Assembly: GCF_006345805.1 (NCBI RefSeq)
Contig: NC_042999.1
Coordinates: forward strand, 164,610,001 to 164,674,000
Length of the DNA stretch: 64,000 nucleotides
Origin: Octopus sinensis
Taxonomy: Eukaryota
Direction of reading: 5' to 3'
Shown: piece by piece, positions 48,825 through 63,207 of the stretch
How the letters are laid out: every line of letters begins with the position of its first letter
Numbering within the stretch: the first letter of the stretch is position 1
Translations under genes and position numbers: made by a program
Notes under the pieces: generated by a model
What the model saw: the letters and a program-made list of their open reading frames with translations, nothing else
Database searches by the model: none
Told to the model about the DNA's origin: nothing

Positions 48825-49230
48825 ATGATGGGCTTCTCTCAGTTTCTGTCTCCAAATCCATGCACAAGGCTTTTGTCAGCCCAAAGCTATAGTAGAAGAA
48901 CTTGCTCAAGGTGACATGCAGTGGGACTGAACCTGGAACCATGTGGTTGGGAAGCAAGTTTCTTACCACACAGCCATGCTTGCACCTAGACTTAAATATG
49001 AAACATATATATGTATATTCTTTTACTCGTACTTTTACTTGCTTCAGTGATTCAACTGTGCCCATGCTGGAGCACTACCTTAAATGGTTTTTAGATGAAG
49101 AAATCAGCCTTAGGACTTATTCTCTGTAAGTTTAGTACTTATTCTATTAGCCTCTTTTGCCAAACTGCTAAATTAAGGAGGCACATCAACATCAGTTGCC
49201 AATTGAAAGTGGTGGGACAAACATACACAT
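48825..49230 (-). mobile_element. Two SINE family A halves
   Basis: Head at 48825-48985 and tail at about 49030-49230. Confidence 0.7.
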
Positions 49231-50381
49231 AAATATATATAACAGTTATTGATAATGTTGATTCTCTCTTTTCTCATTAGAAAGTGTGTGACAGTCTATC
49301 ACCTTTATACAGTCTAGGTCTGTTAATCTTGCTAATATATATATATATATATATATACAAATAGATAGGTTTAAGAGACAGAATCGCCCTCAAGCAACTC
49401 AATCATCATTGAATGACATTATCTACAATATGTTCATATAGGACTAAATATTAAAATTATCAAAATTAATACCTACAATTCTTATTCCAAATTATCAAAA
49501 TTAATACCTTTAATTCTTATTACAAATCATATACTTTACATTATCTTGACTACGCACATTTCATGACAACATATTCCTCAATATTACTGAAATAGAATGT
49601 CTCTATACAATACCATATTAAATCAGTTATATTGCCAATCTTCAGGTCTATCTTATATGAACTTATTTTGCTATTTACATCATATATTAAGACATGACAA
49701 ACTAAAATTATATAACTAGAAGTCGTTGGAATAATTTTACTTTAGTAAATAATGAACAGCAATGTGGAATAAAAGTAGGAAAAAGAAATGTTAGTAAAAA
49801 GAAATGTTAACTTATCTGTATGGTAATTTTCTCTCCATGAATTAAACATGGCTACCATCAATTGTATAATCCAACATTGAGAGCTACTTTGTAGGGGAGA
49901 TAATTCTTATTAACATTTAAAAGTTCTTAAAAGGTATTTTCTATTATTTATAATAATAATAAATCAGGAGAAGCCAGAAGTTAGTGTATGATGGGAATTG
50001 TCTAATTTTTTTCCTGGTTAATTCAATTTATTTTTACGTTGACTTTGATAAATAATAAATTTCTAGGTCGGTAAATAGGTAAACTAAATTACTCAACATA
50101 TAATTTTCAAATAATTAAAAATATTTTGAATTAAGTAGAAGACAGTAAAATTTTTCATCATTTTTATAATTATAATACAATTAATATATATTGATTATAC
50201 TATTATTCTTAAAATTGATGTTATTCTTAAACTTGAGTTTCTAAATTAAGATTAAAAGTTTATATACCATAGATTTTTATTAAGAAACTAAAATATCAGA
50301 ATTAGAAGTTAATTAATAATATTATCTTACATTTATATATAAATAAGTAGATATATTCTAGTTATCCTAAATAAAAAAAAA

Positions 50382-50707
50382 AATATGGTTATACACTATA
50401 TCTAATTATTATGATTAGATTTTATTTGATTTAAAATTAGGGTTTTATTTATTGGGAAATAATATGTAAAACGAAATCATATAGAATAGGTAATGAATTC
50501 TGTCGTCTGTGTACACAAGAATTTATGGAAATATCAAAGGCTAAAATAAGACAGATCACCCAGGATGAATGAAAAATTAAATGTAAACATAAACTGAATT
50601 GCCTATTCAATAAGATAATGTTTGATTCTTTAGAAAATAAATAAAACCCTAATTTTAAATCAAATAAAATTTAATCATAATAATTAGATATAATGTATAA
50701 CCATATT
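50382..50707. mobile_element. AT-rich MITE-like inverted repeat
   Basis: 72-bp arms at 50382-50453 and 50636-50707 with 2 mismatches; 182-bp spacer. Confidence 0.75.
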
Positions 50708-50709
50708 CT

Positions 50710-50847
50710 TTTAGCAGTTATCATTTAGCATTGGCTTCCACTAATTTTTTCACCTGTTTAGCGTTTTAGTGTTTGTGAAGCTAACTTTCTAGTTAGCAGA
50801 TTAGTGGTTAGCAAAGCTAACTTTTTGGTTGGCAGCGCCCACCACTG
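50710..50847 (-). mobile_element. hAT-like DNA transposon terminus with subterminal gctaac/gttagc repeats
   Basis: Minus strand starts CAGTGGTGGGC followed by repeated aagttagc motifs. The other end was not found. Confidence 0.5.
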
Positions 50848-50870
50848 TATATATGTATGTATCATTCATT

Positions 50871-51040
50871 TTTAATGTATGAACTTGAAGTAAATTAAGT
50901 GATAAATATTTGTGTGTAAATATTAGGTAAAAAGACCCTTTGGATATAAGATAATCAAAGTCTGCCCAAGGAGCATGAACCCACATCTTGAGTAAAAATG
51001 ATTATTTATAGCTTTATCTACTTCAAGTTCAAGCATTAAA
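50871..51040. mobile_element. 170-bp MITE-like element
   Basis: 25-bp TIRs at 22/25, with core tgaacttgaagta / tacttcaagttca. Confidence 0.6.
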
Positions 51041-51289
51041 CTGAATCGTTTCATGTCCTCTTGAAATTTCTAAATTCTTATGATGTAAACAATATATACA
51101 TCTATCATCATCAATATAAAATCCACTTTTTCGTGCTAGATTTCTTCCTGTTGCCAACACTTGTCTGTTTTCAAACAAGGTAATATTTCCCCATAGCCAA
51201 ACATGGTCACATGGAATATTGGAAATAAATGACACTGCATGTATGATAGTGACAATCATTTACAACAATTGCATAGTGTCAGACAAAGA

Positions 51290-51475
51290 GCCACCACACA
51301 CACACACACACACACACACTAACACACATACATACAACTTCTTTCAGTTTCTACCAATCAAATCCACTCACAAGATTTTGGTTGGCTCATGGCTACAATA
51401 GAAGACACTTGTCCAAGTGGGGTGGGTTTGAACCTAGAACCATGTGGTTAGGAAGCAAACTCCTTACCATACATC
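51290..51475 (-). mobile_element. SINE family A 5' half
   Basis: Head similarity to family A. Confidence 0.7.
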
Positions 51476-52029
51476 CATAATGTAGTCAGATCAGACATAC
51501 ACAGACTCATATAACACTAAATATCTGATTAAAATTTATATTATTGGAAAGTCATTAAAAAAATGTCTTTTACATATAATCATGGATCTATCCCTCAAAA
51601 CACAACATTTAAACACACACTCAGGCAGATATAGACATTTATTTACATATACTGATTGGTATATTTTGTATCAAGAGTGAATGCTTTCCAACAGTGATAG
51701 ATGCTTTCTGCAGCTACAACATGTATCACAAGTATCAGAAATTGGAGATTGTCATGTTTACCTGTGTGGTTTAGGTGAATAGATTTGAAACTGTATGGAT
51801 AGAAAAGAGTAGCATTGAATGTATGGGTAAATAATAGCTAGTTGGATGCTGTCAAACAAATATTTGGAGAATGGAAAATGGTTTTTATGTAGCAAGGCAG
51901 CCAATCAAAATAATTGATCAGGTAGAAAGGTTCTTTTATGGGATAGTTGATGTGAAAGATGTAAGATAACATGCCTGCCTGCCTGTCTGCCTGTCTATCT
52001 TTCCATAAATGCACAGATGTTCACACACA

Positions 52030-52071
<42 letters not shown>

Positions 52072-53467
52072 CACATACATATATGCACACACACATCATA
52101 TGTCACTCAACAGCCTCAACAAGTGAAATCACTCATGTAGAATGATTTGATAATAATGAATATGGAAAGGTGTAGATGGTTCCATAAACACACACAAAAA
52201 AACAAAAAATTTAAGACAACATAGATGAGACATGGTGATTCATGGAATGTCGTGATGCATGTCTGAATATATATATATGTGGTTATAGTTGAGTGGAGGA
52301 CATAAACAAGCTGGATGTAGAGTAGTGTGGCATATTTTGCAATTGATGTAATACTGTGCAGGAGATGTTTATGGACCTCATGTCAATATTGTTTAGCTTC
52401 AAAGGCATGCCAGCTGTGACCATCTTGTTTGTTTTGTTTGCAAATAAAATGTAGATATCTAGAAATACTTTATCTGATGTTTCCCTGCCCTATTATTTAA
52501 GATGGCTGGGTATGATATGAGAAAGATCTAACTGCCATTTCTAGTAGGTTGAGTCATATTAGAAGCCACTGGAGTATATCTATATATGTGAATATATGCA
52601 GGTTCATGTAAAAGTGGGGTATATGAAGAAAATTATGATGTACTGTTGTTGTTGAGAGGACACCATCCTCAAGGATGTTTTAATATATAAATTGAAGTTC
52701 TTAGTCAGATACTGCTTTCATCGATCAATATTTATTAGGTGGCTAAGTCAGCTTTTGTAAATTGATATAACTTGATGTACTTTTGGTCCAAACACCAGTG
52801 TTCACATAACCACACACACACACACACACCACACACACACAATGATATCAAACACTGAGAATGAAGCTCAACACTGACATTTGATGGTTTCATGTGGAAA
52901 GGATTTCCATAACTTTCAAGTGGTCCACTTAAAAATGCTGGAAATCACCTCCATACACACACACACACACAATGTGCAATCTCCATAGACTTAATGTCTG
53001 CTGAATTTTACTGACTAGGTTACAAAGCAGAAAACATTAGCTAAAGCTATCATGCAGTGGGATCAAATCACACTGTTGTAAAGTTAACTTCTTAAACACT
53101 GCCATATTCATAGCTTCAAACAGGCAACGCCATACTGTTTAGTCAAGGAACACACTTCATATTCTGACAAACTGTGATTAACTGTATATAGCAGTTTAGA
53201 AGTGTTAACTGTTCTCCTCTTTCCATCTGTGTCTATATATCTGTCACTGTTTAACACCACACCAGCCATTATTGAGCAGGTCTATGATCAAAGGCATCCA
53301 AGCCATGATTAGCAATAATGTAAGGTTACATTGTTCATTGTGTCCTTGTATTTTTAAGATGGTAGAGAGTATTTGACTGAGATATGAACACTACTTTTAC
53401 CAGGCCAATACTACATAGAGGCTCCCACTGGTTTGAATATGTAGTATAGCTATAATATAATAGCGAA

Positions 53468-53785
53468 GGCATGTAACTTAGTGGTTAGTGTATTTGGCTT
53501 ACAATCTTAAGGTCGTAAGTTTGATTTCTGGCAGCACATTGTGTCTTTGAGAAAGACACTTTATTTCGCGTTGCTCCAGTTCACTCACCTGGCAAAAATG
53601 AGTAGTACCTGTATTTCAAAGGATGAGCCTTGTCACACTCAGTGTCACGTTGAATCTCTCTGAGAACTACATTAAGGGTACATGTGTCTGTGGAGTACTC
53701 AGGCAGTTGCACATTAATTTCACGAACAGGCTGTTCTGCTGATCGGATCAATTGGAACCGTCATTGTTGTAACTGAAAGCGTGCT
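53468..53785 (+). mobile_element. Decayed CORE-like tRNA SINE (family C)
   Basis: ctttatttcgcgttgctccagttcactcacctg core shared with 58232-58566. Confidence 0.7.
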
Positions 53786-55373
53786 CAGAATATATAATGT
53801 ATCTAATTATTCAATTTCAGGTCAGTCCTTATCAAGTATACATATGTTCAAAGACATTTCAAACATGGTGTCTTTCTTTCCAAGGAATTACTACGATTAC
53901 TGTTTAATTTGTCCCCTTCTTTCTAGGAGAGTGAAGTGTGATTTGAGGGAGATTTGATTGCAATTCTCATCAAGTTGAATGACAATAGATAGAGACTCCT
54001 AAGTAGTTTAACTCCAGATCAGGATTCTTGGGCACATGTAAAGTGCCCAAGAATCCTGACCTCTGGACATTATTGTCATGAGTTCTAGGACTGACTCATG
54101 GGGCCACTTACCTAGTTTCCATGGTGTATAAATGATTGAAATCCCAACATTCCCCCTGGTTACTCATTTACAGCTAAGTGGATCCTGGTCAACTCAGCTA
54201 AAGGAATACCAGTAAGGTACCAGTGCAAGTTCTGCTAGGGTGGGAAAACTGAAAGGGTATCGGTGTCAGAGGATGATTACATACACACATATGCCAACTA
54301 GTGACAGCATGGCACATACTGCCAAATCATACTTGCTTGCAAGTGATGGCTGAGGCAGGTAGAGATTAAAAACAATGGGTGACCGATCATTTTTTGCATA
54401 CAGTTTAGAAAATCACAAATTTTCGATGTGTTGTTGCTGCACACTGGATAGGATTGGTTATTCAATGGTTGCATACACAATGAGTTATTATCATATGTAC
54501 ATACACATACTCACATTATATGCACAGACACACAAACGCATGCTTATACTTTGATATAATCATGCATATCCCCTTTGATAAAGCATGTATTCATGAGCAG
54601 ATACACATCTGTACATATCCCCAAGCACATGCATATATGCAATACAGACAACTTCCACCAACACTCAACCACAACCATTATCATCTTTGCCACTGTGACA
54701 TAAGTATTGATTTCTTGAACGAATCAGTCCCTAAATGCTGAATGAATACATTACCTGCAAATCTTGTTTACATGGGAGAAAAATAATGAAAACAAAAATA
54801 AATAAAAAAAAAAGAAACAAAACAAACAAACAAAATAATGAAAAAATTTAGTGATCTCAAACAAATCCTACAAAAAACAAAAACAGCCTCTTTCTCTCTC
54901 TAATTGACTTTTTCTCCTCTTCCTCCTCCTCCTCTAAGCTTTTCTTACTCCTTCGCGTCACCATCACCAAAACACTCTAACAGCACGAGTGAGCTTTTTT
55001 TGTATCTTTAGTGCAGTTGCAGCAACAGAAGATATTTCAGAAGTGTGTTTGCCTGCAAGCATGCATGCATAAATGCATTTATGCATGCTTATATACACGT
55101 TCAATTAATTGAAGTTTTCTCTCTCTCTTTCTCCCCATCCCTTCCTCCTTCTCTCTCAGCCTCTCTCTCTCTCTATATATATATCTCTGTTTCCCTTCCT
55201 TCCCCAACCAGTATTTGTCATGTACTCAGTGTGGTGAATTATGCTGCAACACCAAACCTGATTAACTAAAGACATTGAAATGCCTCAGTAACGAACAGGT
55301 TAGATCAGCCAAAAAGTTACATACAGATACACAGAAGCACAGACCAATATCACACACACACACACACATATGC

Positions 55374-55419
<46 letters not shown>

Positions 55420-55659
55420 AGACACCCCACTGGCATTATTGTTACTATTTGTAAATTTATTGTTTGCACAGTTCCTAAGTAGTTTTTGTTTTTTTCTACA
55501 TTTGTTATTGCTTTTAATGTTGTTGGCCTTATAAGGTGTCTCTAACGATAATGTGACAATATTACGTTAGCATCAACACACTCTGATATTGTCTCCAAGT
55601 CATCATTGTTAACTTTTTGCTTGCTTGTTTCTTTTCTCATCAATACCACTATCCCTAAG

Positions 55660-55950
55660 TCATCACCAAAACCAACCATCACCACCAACTACATCACCAC
55701 CAATGCCACTGCTTCCAGTAACATCCTCATCATCATCACTAATGTCTAATATTACCACTTTTCTCTACCATCACCATCATCACCACCATTACTATCATTA
55801 CTACCTCGCTACCCTTGCTATTGCCATCATCTTCCACCACCACCACCACCATCACTATCATCTATTACCACAAGCATCATCATCACTCCCCTACAATTGT
55901 CAACGTTACTCTCATCATCACCATCATCATTATCACTATTAACACCACCC
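55660..55950. repeat. Cryptic (CAT/CAC)n repeat
   Basis: Direct reading. Confidence 0.8.
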
Positions 55951-56619
55951 TCCCTCATCATATCAACACTCCCCCTCTTTGATTCATAATTTTTCTTTTT
56001 GTTTTGTGCTTTATATATTAAATTAACTTCATTCACTAAGATTTAGATTTACAATACATCTAACTGTCACATCAGGTCAAATACTATTCCTTCATCCTGC
56101 ATTATCTAATTAGACAAGAACTAGCTTAATTATATTTAGTATCGACAATGCAAATGACAAGCTAGTGAAAGAGTTTCAAAGTATTTACAAGGACTGCAAG
56201 AAACAGCAGACAAATCTCTTAACTCTAACCTTAACCAACACTGCCCTGCCATCAATAAAAAAGAAGGATATGCTTGACAATGTGGTCTGAGTAAAATTAA
56301 TTCTGAGTAGATGGAATTGGTCAGGCTGGAATAACTGATCACAGGTCAGCTAGATTAGAGTTCGATTTAACCAACAGCAACGTAAATGACAAGGTGACAT
56401 AATATCTAAAGACAAGACTTACATTTATGAGTTCAAATCTGACTAGAGATGATTATTTTCACCTTCATTTTTTTGTCTCCTTTTTGCAGTGTCTGCAAAA
56501 TACATACCAAGTGACTTTCAAACTGAATTGAATTCACTGAGAAGACCTCATAACCTGTGTACAAGGTTCATTATTATTTGAATTGGCAAAAAGGAGTATG
56601 TGTTTAGGGATATGTACAT

Positions 56620-56900
56620 CATTATCATCGTTGTTTAACGTCTGCTTTCCATGCTGGCATAGATAGGACGGTTTGACTGAGGTCTGAAAAGCAAGTGGCT
56701 GCACCAGGCTCCAATCTGATCCTGGCAATGTTTCTACAGCTGGATGCTCTTCCTAATGCCAACCACTCCAAGAGTGTAGTAGGTGCTTTTTACATGACAA
56801 CAGCACAGGAGCCAGTCAGGCGGCCCTGGCATTCAGATAGTGCTTTTTACATGCCACCGGCATGGGGGTCACTCAGAGGCTACTGGCACCAGCGAATATT
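56620..56900 (-). mobile_element. RTE 3' UTR fragment
   Basis: catcgttgtttaacgtc...ggctgcaccaggctccaatctgatc. Confidence 0.8.
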
Positions 56901-57261
56901 TCACTAATCTTTTTATTTTCCTGATACTAGAATAATACAAAGCAAAGTAAAGTTTGGCAGGATTTGAAACAAGAGCTTAAAAGGCTGTAATCTGAATATG
57001 CAAGGCCTTTTGTCTCATATTCTGTGAATAAGTATGGCCTGGTAACATTGTTAGATGCCTCTGTAGTAGACACAGACACCTTTTTGACTCTCCCATCTAC
57101 ACTAGCACTTGGCTGAGCTTATTTTTAGCTATGCAGATGGAGCATTGTGAAATGAAGTGCATTAATGAAAGACACACTGAGCCACAGAGTCTGGAAGTCA
57201 AACCCACTACATTATGATCATGAGACAAACACCCTAACCACAAAACCATGCACCTTCACAT

Positions 57262-57297
<36 letters not shown>

Positions 57298-58231
57298 AGG
57301 ATAAGCTTCTTGAATTCTAACTCTGGAGTTTTATGCTGCTAATGGTTTAAATAGTTGAGATGGGAAAGCAGCATGATAAATATATAAGCAAAAATATTTG
57401 CAAATTCTTTAAAATACGACTGGTTTAAAAAGGTATAGAAAGAAAACATCAGGCAATCTGACATACATTTCTCAATTCAACTGTCATGTACAGAATATAT
57501 CATACATTCATTTGTTCACATGCAAAAACATACGATGTTTTTATGTATTTAGTATTATGTGTATTATAGACTACATGAAAGCACAATTTTTTTAATTATG
57601 TAACATCTGTCAGGTTATGGAAAATTTGTGATGTAGGAAATAAACTATTTTAGCCAGTTGGTAGTTGGAAATTTCTCAAGAAATTTTGAAGGAAATGTCT
57701 ACAAGAATTCACCTATTCTAATCTTTTATTTAAAATTGCTCATATATCCCAGAGTAACAATAAAAAAAAAAAAAATTTTTAGAGATGTTAATTTAGCAAA
57801 TAGGAATGTTCTGTAATGGATGAATCAATTTAAATTTTTCGGAAAATCTGAATGTAAAACACATACATTTTTTTAAAGAGGTTTTCAGAGACCCTGTATG
57901 CTTTCTGTTTGCAAGGGAGACATTCATTTTTGGTGTGTTACATCTATTTTTATTTATACATTGTCATGTTGCAGTCCAACTTCAATTGTTTGAAAATTCA
58001 GTAACACGAAACTCATGGTTAAGACTTAAAAAGCATCAGCTTCTAATAGAATATACCGCTCTACTTTGTATATTGACTACTTTTTCATTCTAAACACTGT
58101 CACCAACATTTATATACATATATATATGTGTGGCTAGACAGGCAGACATATACACAAGCACACACACACAGACACACAAATAGATAAATAAACAGGAAGA
58201 TAAATTGGTATGTGTATATATAAATATATAA

Positions 58232-58565
58232 AAGGGTAAAGACCCCCTTCGGTCATGAATGACCATGGGATTGCACCTAGAAAGTTACCCTCCTAGACAC
58301 AAGTCCGGGCAAGGTTGTTTATGGAAGACCAGCAGTCGCCCATGCATACCAGCCTCCCCTCTCCACGCCACCAGTGTTATCCAAGGGAAAGACAAAGGTC
58401 GATACAGCTTGGCACCAGTGACGTCGCAGCTCATTTCTACAGCTGAGTGAACTGGAGCAACGTGAAATAAAGTGCCTTGCTCGAGAACACAACACGCAGC
58501 CCGGTCCGGGATTCGAGCTCACAACCTCACGATCGTAAGCTCGACGCTCTAACCACTGAGCCATG

Positions 58566-58566
<1 letters not shown>
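58232..58566 (-). mobile_element. Full-length young CORE-like tRNA SINE (family C)
   Basis: Minus-strand head gcatggctcagtggttagagcgtcgagcttacgatcgtgaggttgtgagctcgaatcccgg (A and B boxes), then the CORE-like gagcaaggcactttatttcacgttgctccagttcactcagctg. Confidence 0.88.
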
Positions 58567-59235
<669 letters not shown>

Positions 59236-59949
59236 TGGTATGGTCATGTGGCGAGAATGGATGAAGATAGTTGTGTGAAAAAGTGCCACACCCTAGCGGT
59301 TGAGGGAACCTGTGGAAGAGGCAGACCCAGGAAAACCTGGGACGAGGTGGTGAAGCACGACCTTCGAACTTTAGGTCTCACTGAGGAAATGACTAGAGAC
59401 CGAGACCTCTGGAAGTGTGCTGTGCGCGAGAAGACTCGGCAGGACAAGTGAGTCCATAACCCGTGGCCTTCTACATGGGATGGAGCCAGCCTACGTATGC
59501 ATACCTTCCCTTCTTGGGACACAAAACTCTACTTGTGAAGACGTGTTGAGGCAAGTGAGGATCAGAATCGAAATCGATCAATGGAAATTGCGGATGTGCT
59601 ACCAGTGCCGGTGGCATGTAAGAGAACTTCCGTTTCGCGACCGTTGCCAGCACCGCCCCGTTTCGTGTCCGTTGCCAGCCCCGCCTGGCCCTCGTGCCGG
59701 TGGCACATAAAAAGCAACATCCGTTCGTGGCCGTTTGCCAGCTCTGTCTGGCACCAGTGCGGGTGGCACGTAAAAAGCACCCACTACACTCACGGAGTGG
59801 TTGGCGTTAGGAAGGGCATCCAGCCGTAGAAACACTGCCAGATTTGACTGGGCCTGATGAAGCCTTCTGGCTTCACAGACCCCAGTTGAACCGTCCAACC
59901 CATGCTAGCATGGAAAACGGACGCTAAACGATGATGATGATGATGATGA

Positions 59950-59950
<1 letters not shown>
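59236..59950 (+). mobile_element. Young RTE LINE 3' fragment
   Basis: Open frame [48 protein letters not shown]...TRQDK*, CpG-rich UTR and (GAT)n tail. Confidence 0.92.
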
Positions 59951-59992
<42 letters not shown>

Positions 59993-59999
59993 GTATATA

Positions 60000-60037
<38 letters not shown>

Positions 60038-60213
60038 TAAATATTAGGGAATATATCCAAATTTACAGGGAAAAAAAATCAGATTTAGGATTAAATCCAA
60101 TTTTATAGTAAAATATTATAAAATATTATTTGAGACAAAACCACTATTTTGCAAAACAAACAAGGAAAGACTTAATCAATACATAAAATTTAATAAATAG
60201 TCAAAAAAAACCG

Positions 60214-60256
60214 CCACTACAATCGTTTCTTGTCTTGATCGACAATCTTCAGGTGG
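60214..60256 (-). ncRNA. Mirror copy of the same hammerhead ribozyme
   Basis: Exact reverse complement of 60273-60315. Confidence 0.82.
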
Positions 60257-60272
60257 ACTTCCAATTGGAAGT

Positions 60273-60315
60273 CCACCTGAAGATTGTCGATCAAGACAAG
60301 AAACGATTGTAGTGG
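60273..60315 (+). ncRNA. Minimal type I hammerhead ribozyme, canonical core
   Basis: Stem I ccac/gtgg, CTGAAGA, stem II ttgtc/gacaa, GAAA, stem III c-gatt-g, cleavage triplet GUA (after 60311). Confidence 0.82.
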
Positions 60316-60475
60316 CGGTTTTTTTGACTATTTATTAATTTTATGTATTGATTAAGTCTTTCCTTGTTTGTTTTGCAAAATAGTGGTTTTGTCTCAAATA
60401 ATATTTTATATATTATATATATATAATATACACACACACACATATATATATATATATACACACACACACATATAC

Positions 60476-60547
<72 letters not shown>

Positions 60548-60867
60548 GCATACATACACCACTCCCTAAAGTGGGTGTGGTGGAAACCAGGTAAGTTGGA
60601 ACCCAAAGTTCTAAACAAATCCACTTAGACAGGTTTTTATAATTAGCTTCACACATGACAAAACACAAGAAAGAATAATGAGTTAATTCTTTTGTGGGTA
60701 AAACCTAATCTACCTGATATTTATAACTGAAAAAGCAATTTAATTACATATTTTTGCTTTTTTGTTTTGCTTTCATGTCATTTTTTTTTTTGCTGTATGT
60801 TGAAACCTTTTACTGTAACTAGATCAATAACTAATGAATGGCAGCCACTACACATAACAGATACAAC

Positions 60868-60906
<39 letters not shown>

Positions 60907-61189
60907 ATACACACACACAACATCTAATGTACACAGTATGAACATAGACAGACTTCTCACATGAAATACAAACATGCAACACACTATAACCCCACACATC
61001 CACAATCACTATACATCACAGAAAATGCCTTCTCCTACTCATGCTCTAGTCACAGACATACAAATAAAATTCTTAAAGTCATTATTAATTCTAAGCATTT
61101 CAATTTCTAATGATCTCTGACTGTGACCTCCCACATTTATGACTTTGCCATAAATGCATCCTAAACAGTAGGTTTTTCTCTTGAAGTGA

Positions 61190-61423
61190 AGGCAGTGAGC
61201 TGGCAGAAATGTTAGCATGCTGGGCGAAGTGCTCAGCAGTATTTCATCTGCCGTTACGTTCTGAGTTCAAATTCCGCCAAGGTCGACTTTGCCTTTCATC
61301 CTTTCGAGGTCGATAAATTAAGTACCAGTTACGCACTGGGGTCAATGTAATCGACTTAATCGCTTTGTCTGTCCTTGTTTGTCCCCCTCTATGTTTAGCC
61401 CCTTGTGGGCAATAAAGAAATAA
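61190..61423 (+). mobile_element. Full-length SINE family B
   Basis: A-box-like tggcagaaatgttagc, B box gagttcaaattcc, tail gcaataaagaaataag. Confidence 0.88.
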
Positions 61424-61549
61424 GTAGGTTTTACTCTTGAGAGACAGAAAACAATTCGGTTCTGATCAGTGGTTAATCCCTCACCAAATGTAATAAAAAC
61501 AAAAATTTACATTGAAGTATCTGCTTCTAGCATTGTGCTGTTGCCATCT

Positions 61550-61910
61550 TTTACTTGTTTCAATCATTCAACTGCGGCCATGCTGGGGCACTGCCTAGAA
61601 GAATTTTTAGTCGAATGAATTAACCCCAGTACTTCTTTTCTGTTTATACATATTTTTTTTAAAGCCTGGTACTTATTCTCTTGCCTCTTTTGTTGAACTG
61701 CTAAGTTAGGGGAATGTAAATACACCAGCGCCAGTTGGCAAGCAGTGGTAGGACATACACACACAACAACAGGCTTCTTTCAGTTTCTGTCTACCAGATT
61801 CACTCTCACAGCTTTGGTTGGCCCAAGGCTATAGAAGAAGACAGTGCCATGTAGTAGGACTGAACCTGGAACCATGAAGTTGCGAAGCTAGCTTCTTACC
61901 ACATAGTTAC
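61550..61910 (-). mobile_element. SINE family A
   Basis: Similarity to family A. Confidence 0.8.
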
Positions 61911-62149
61911 ACTAGGCACACAAATAACCATGACATCATAGAAAAAATGGTCATCTGACTGGCAATTCACTCATCATCACACCATGACAACTCAAAGACT
62001 CACCAATTCACAACAATCACTTATTCTTATGTAATTATTATAACACACTCTCTCTACGTCTACTCAATTCACTTCTTTAGAGGCCTGCTTGGTTGACCTT
62101 CCTCTTCTTCTTCCATCACCCTTACTGTGTGACACTACATCAGTTTATA

Positions 62150-62348
62150 CACTTTTAATTTTTTCAGTCACTGGACTGCAGCTATGCTGGGGCACTCCTT
62201 TGAAGGGTTTCTTTGAAACAAATTGATCCCAGAACTTATCCCTTTTTCTTAAACCTGGCACTTATTCTATTGGTCACTTTTGCCAAACTGCTAATTTGCA
62301 GGGATGTAAACAAATCAACACTAGTTGCCAAATGGTGGGGTCACACAT

Positions 62349-62389
<41 letters not shown>

Positions 62390-62535
62390 ATGGGCATATT
62401 TCTGTTTCCATCTACCAAATCCATCCACATGGCTTTGGTTAGCTTGGGGGTTTTGGAAGACACTTGCCTAGGGTGTCACACAACTGGATTGAACCCTAGA
62501 CCACATGGTTAGAAAGCAAGTTTCTCAACCACATG
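62150..62535 (-). mobile_element. SINE family A
   Basis: Similarity to family A. Confidence 0.75.
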
Positions 62536-63207
62536 GTTTTTCACCCACCATGTGCTCACATTTTACTACACTAACAACAAACAACAAATTAAAATAGAAC
62601 AAAACCACAGTCGTCATACCAGTCTAACTAATTAATAAAATAACACACAAAAGACATTCAGTACACAGAACAGATATGAGACATACACACACAAGACATT
62701 CAACATACTGATGTGTGCAGATACACTCCTGCACACACACACACACACACACAAGTTTCTATAGTGGTAAAGTGAAGGTTTTGCATTCAGTTTTCTCACA
62801 GCAACATGTTTTTTAATTTGGTGTGCTGAATATTATTAGTCTAATTAAAAAAAAAAGCTAATTAAATCAGTGGCATAGGAGTGTTAATTAGTTTAAGATT
62901 TTCCAAATTGCTAGTGGTGTGGTGGTGTTAATTAGGTTAAGATTTTACAAATAGACTAGGTAAGGACAGGTATGCAAAAACCTAGAAACTATGAAACACA
63001 ATGTCTACATTCTACCACAAAATACTTCTTGCTTTTTAAACTTGTGTTTATTTTGTTTTCATTCCTTCGAAAATAATGTCTTTTGATGTTTCTACACTGA
63101 AGATGGCAGATCCAATTTTTACAAGATATAAAATCTAGAAGAAAATTATTTGAAATACTGTTGAAAGAAAAGCATGCATACATACATACATACAAACATA
63201 TATATAT

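Larger units (their letters stand above)
60033..60410. mobile_element. Penelope-like terminal fragment forming a spacerless palindrome
   Basis: Axis ccaa|ttgg at 60264/60265. Arms of ~147 bp differ by two 1-bp indels. Flanked by (TA)n. Confidence 0.8.

Noticed and set aside
50900-51000. Possible mitochondrial 16S (NUMT) from aaaagaccctt
   Set aside because: Only a short word matches, and the region is explained by a small TIR element.
54755-54990. Minus-strand 5' exon ending ttgcag|GTaatg near a small CpG cluster
   Set aside because: The nearby ATG is followed immediately by TAA and there is no other support.
57295-57898. Possible Tc1/mariner-type element with TA-CAGG...CCTG-TA ends
   Set aside because: Only 6 bp of terminal match and no transposase remnant seen.
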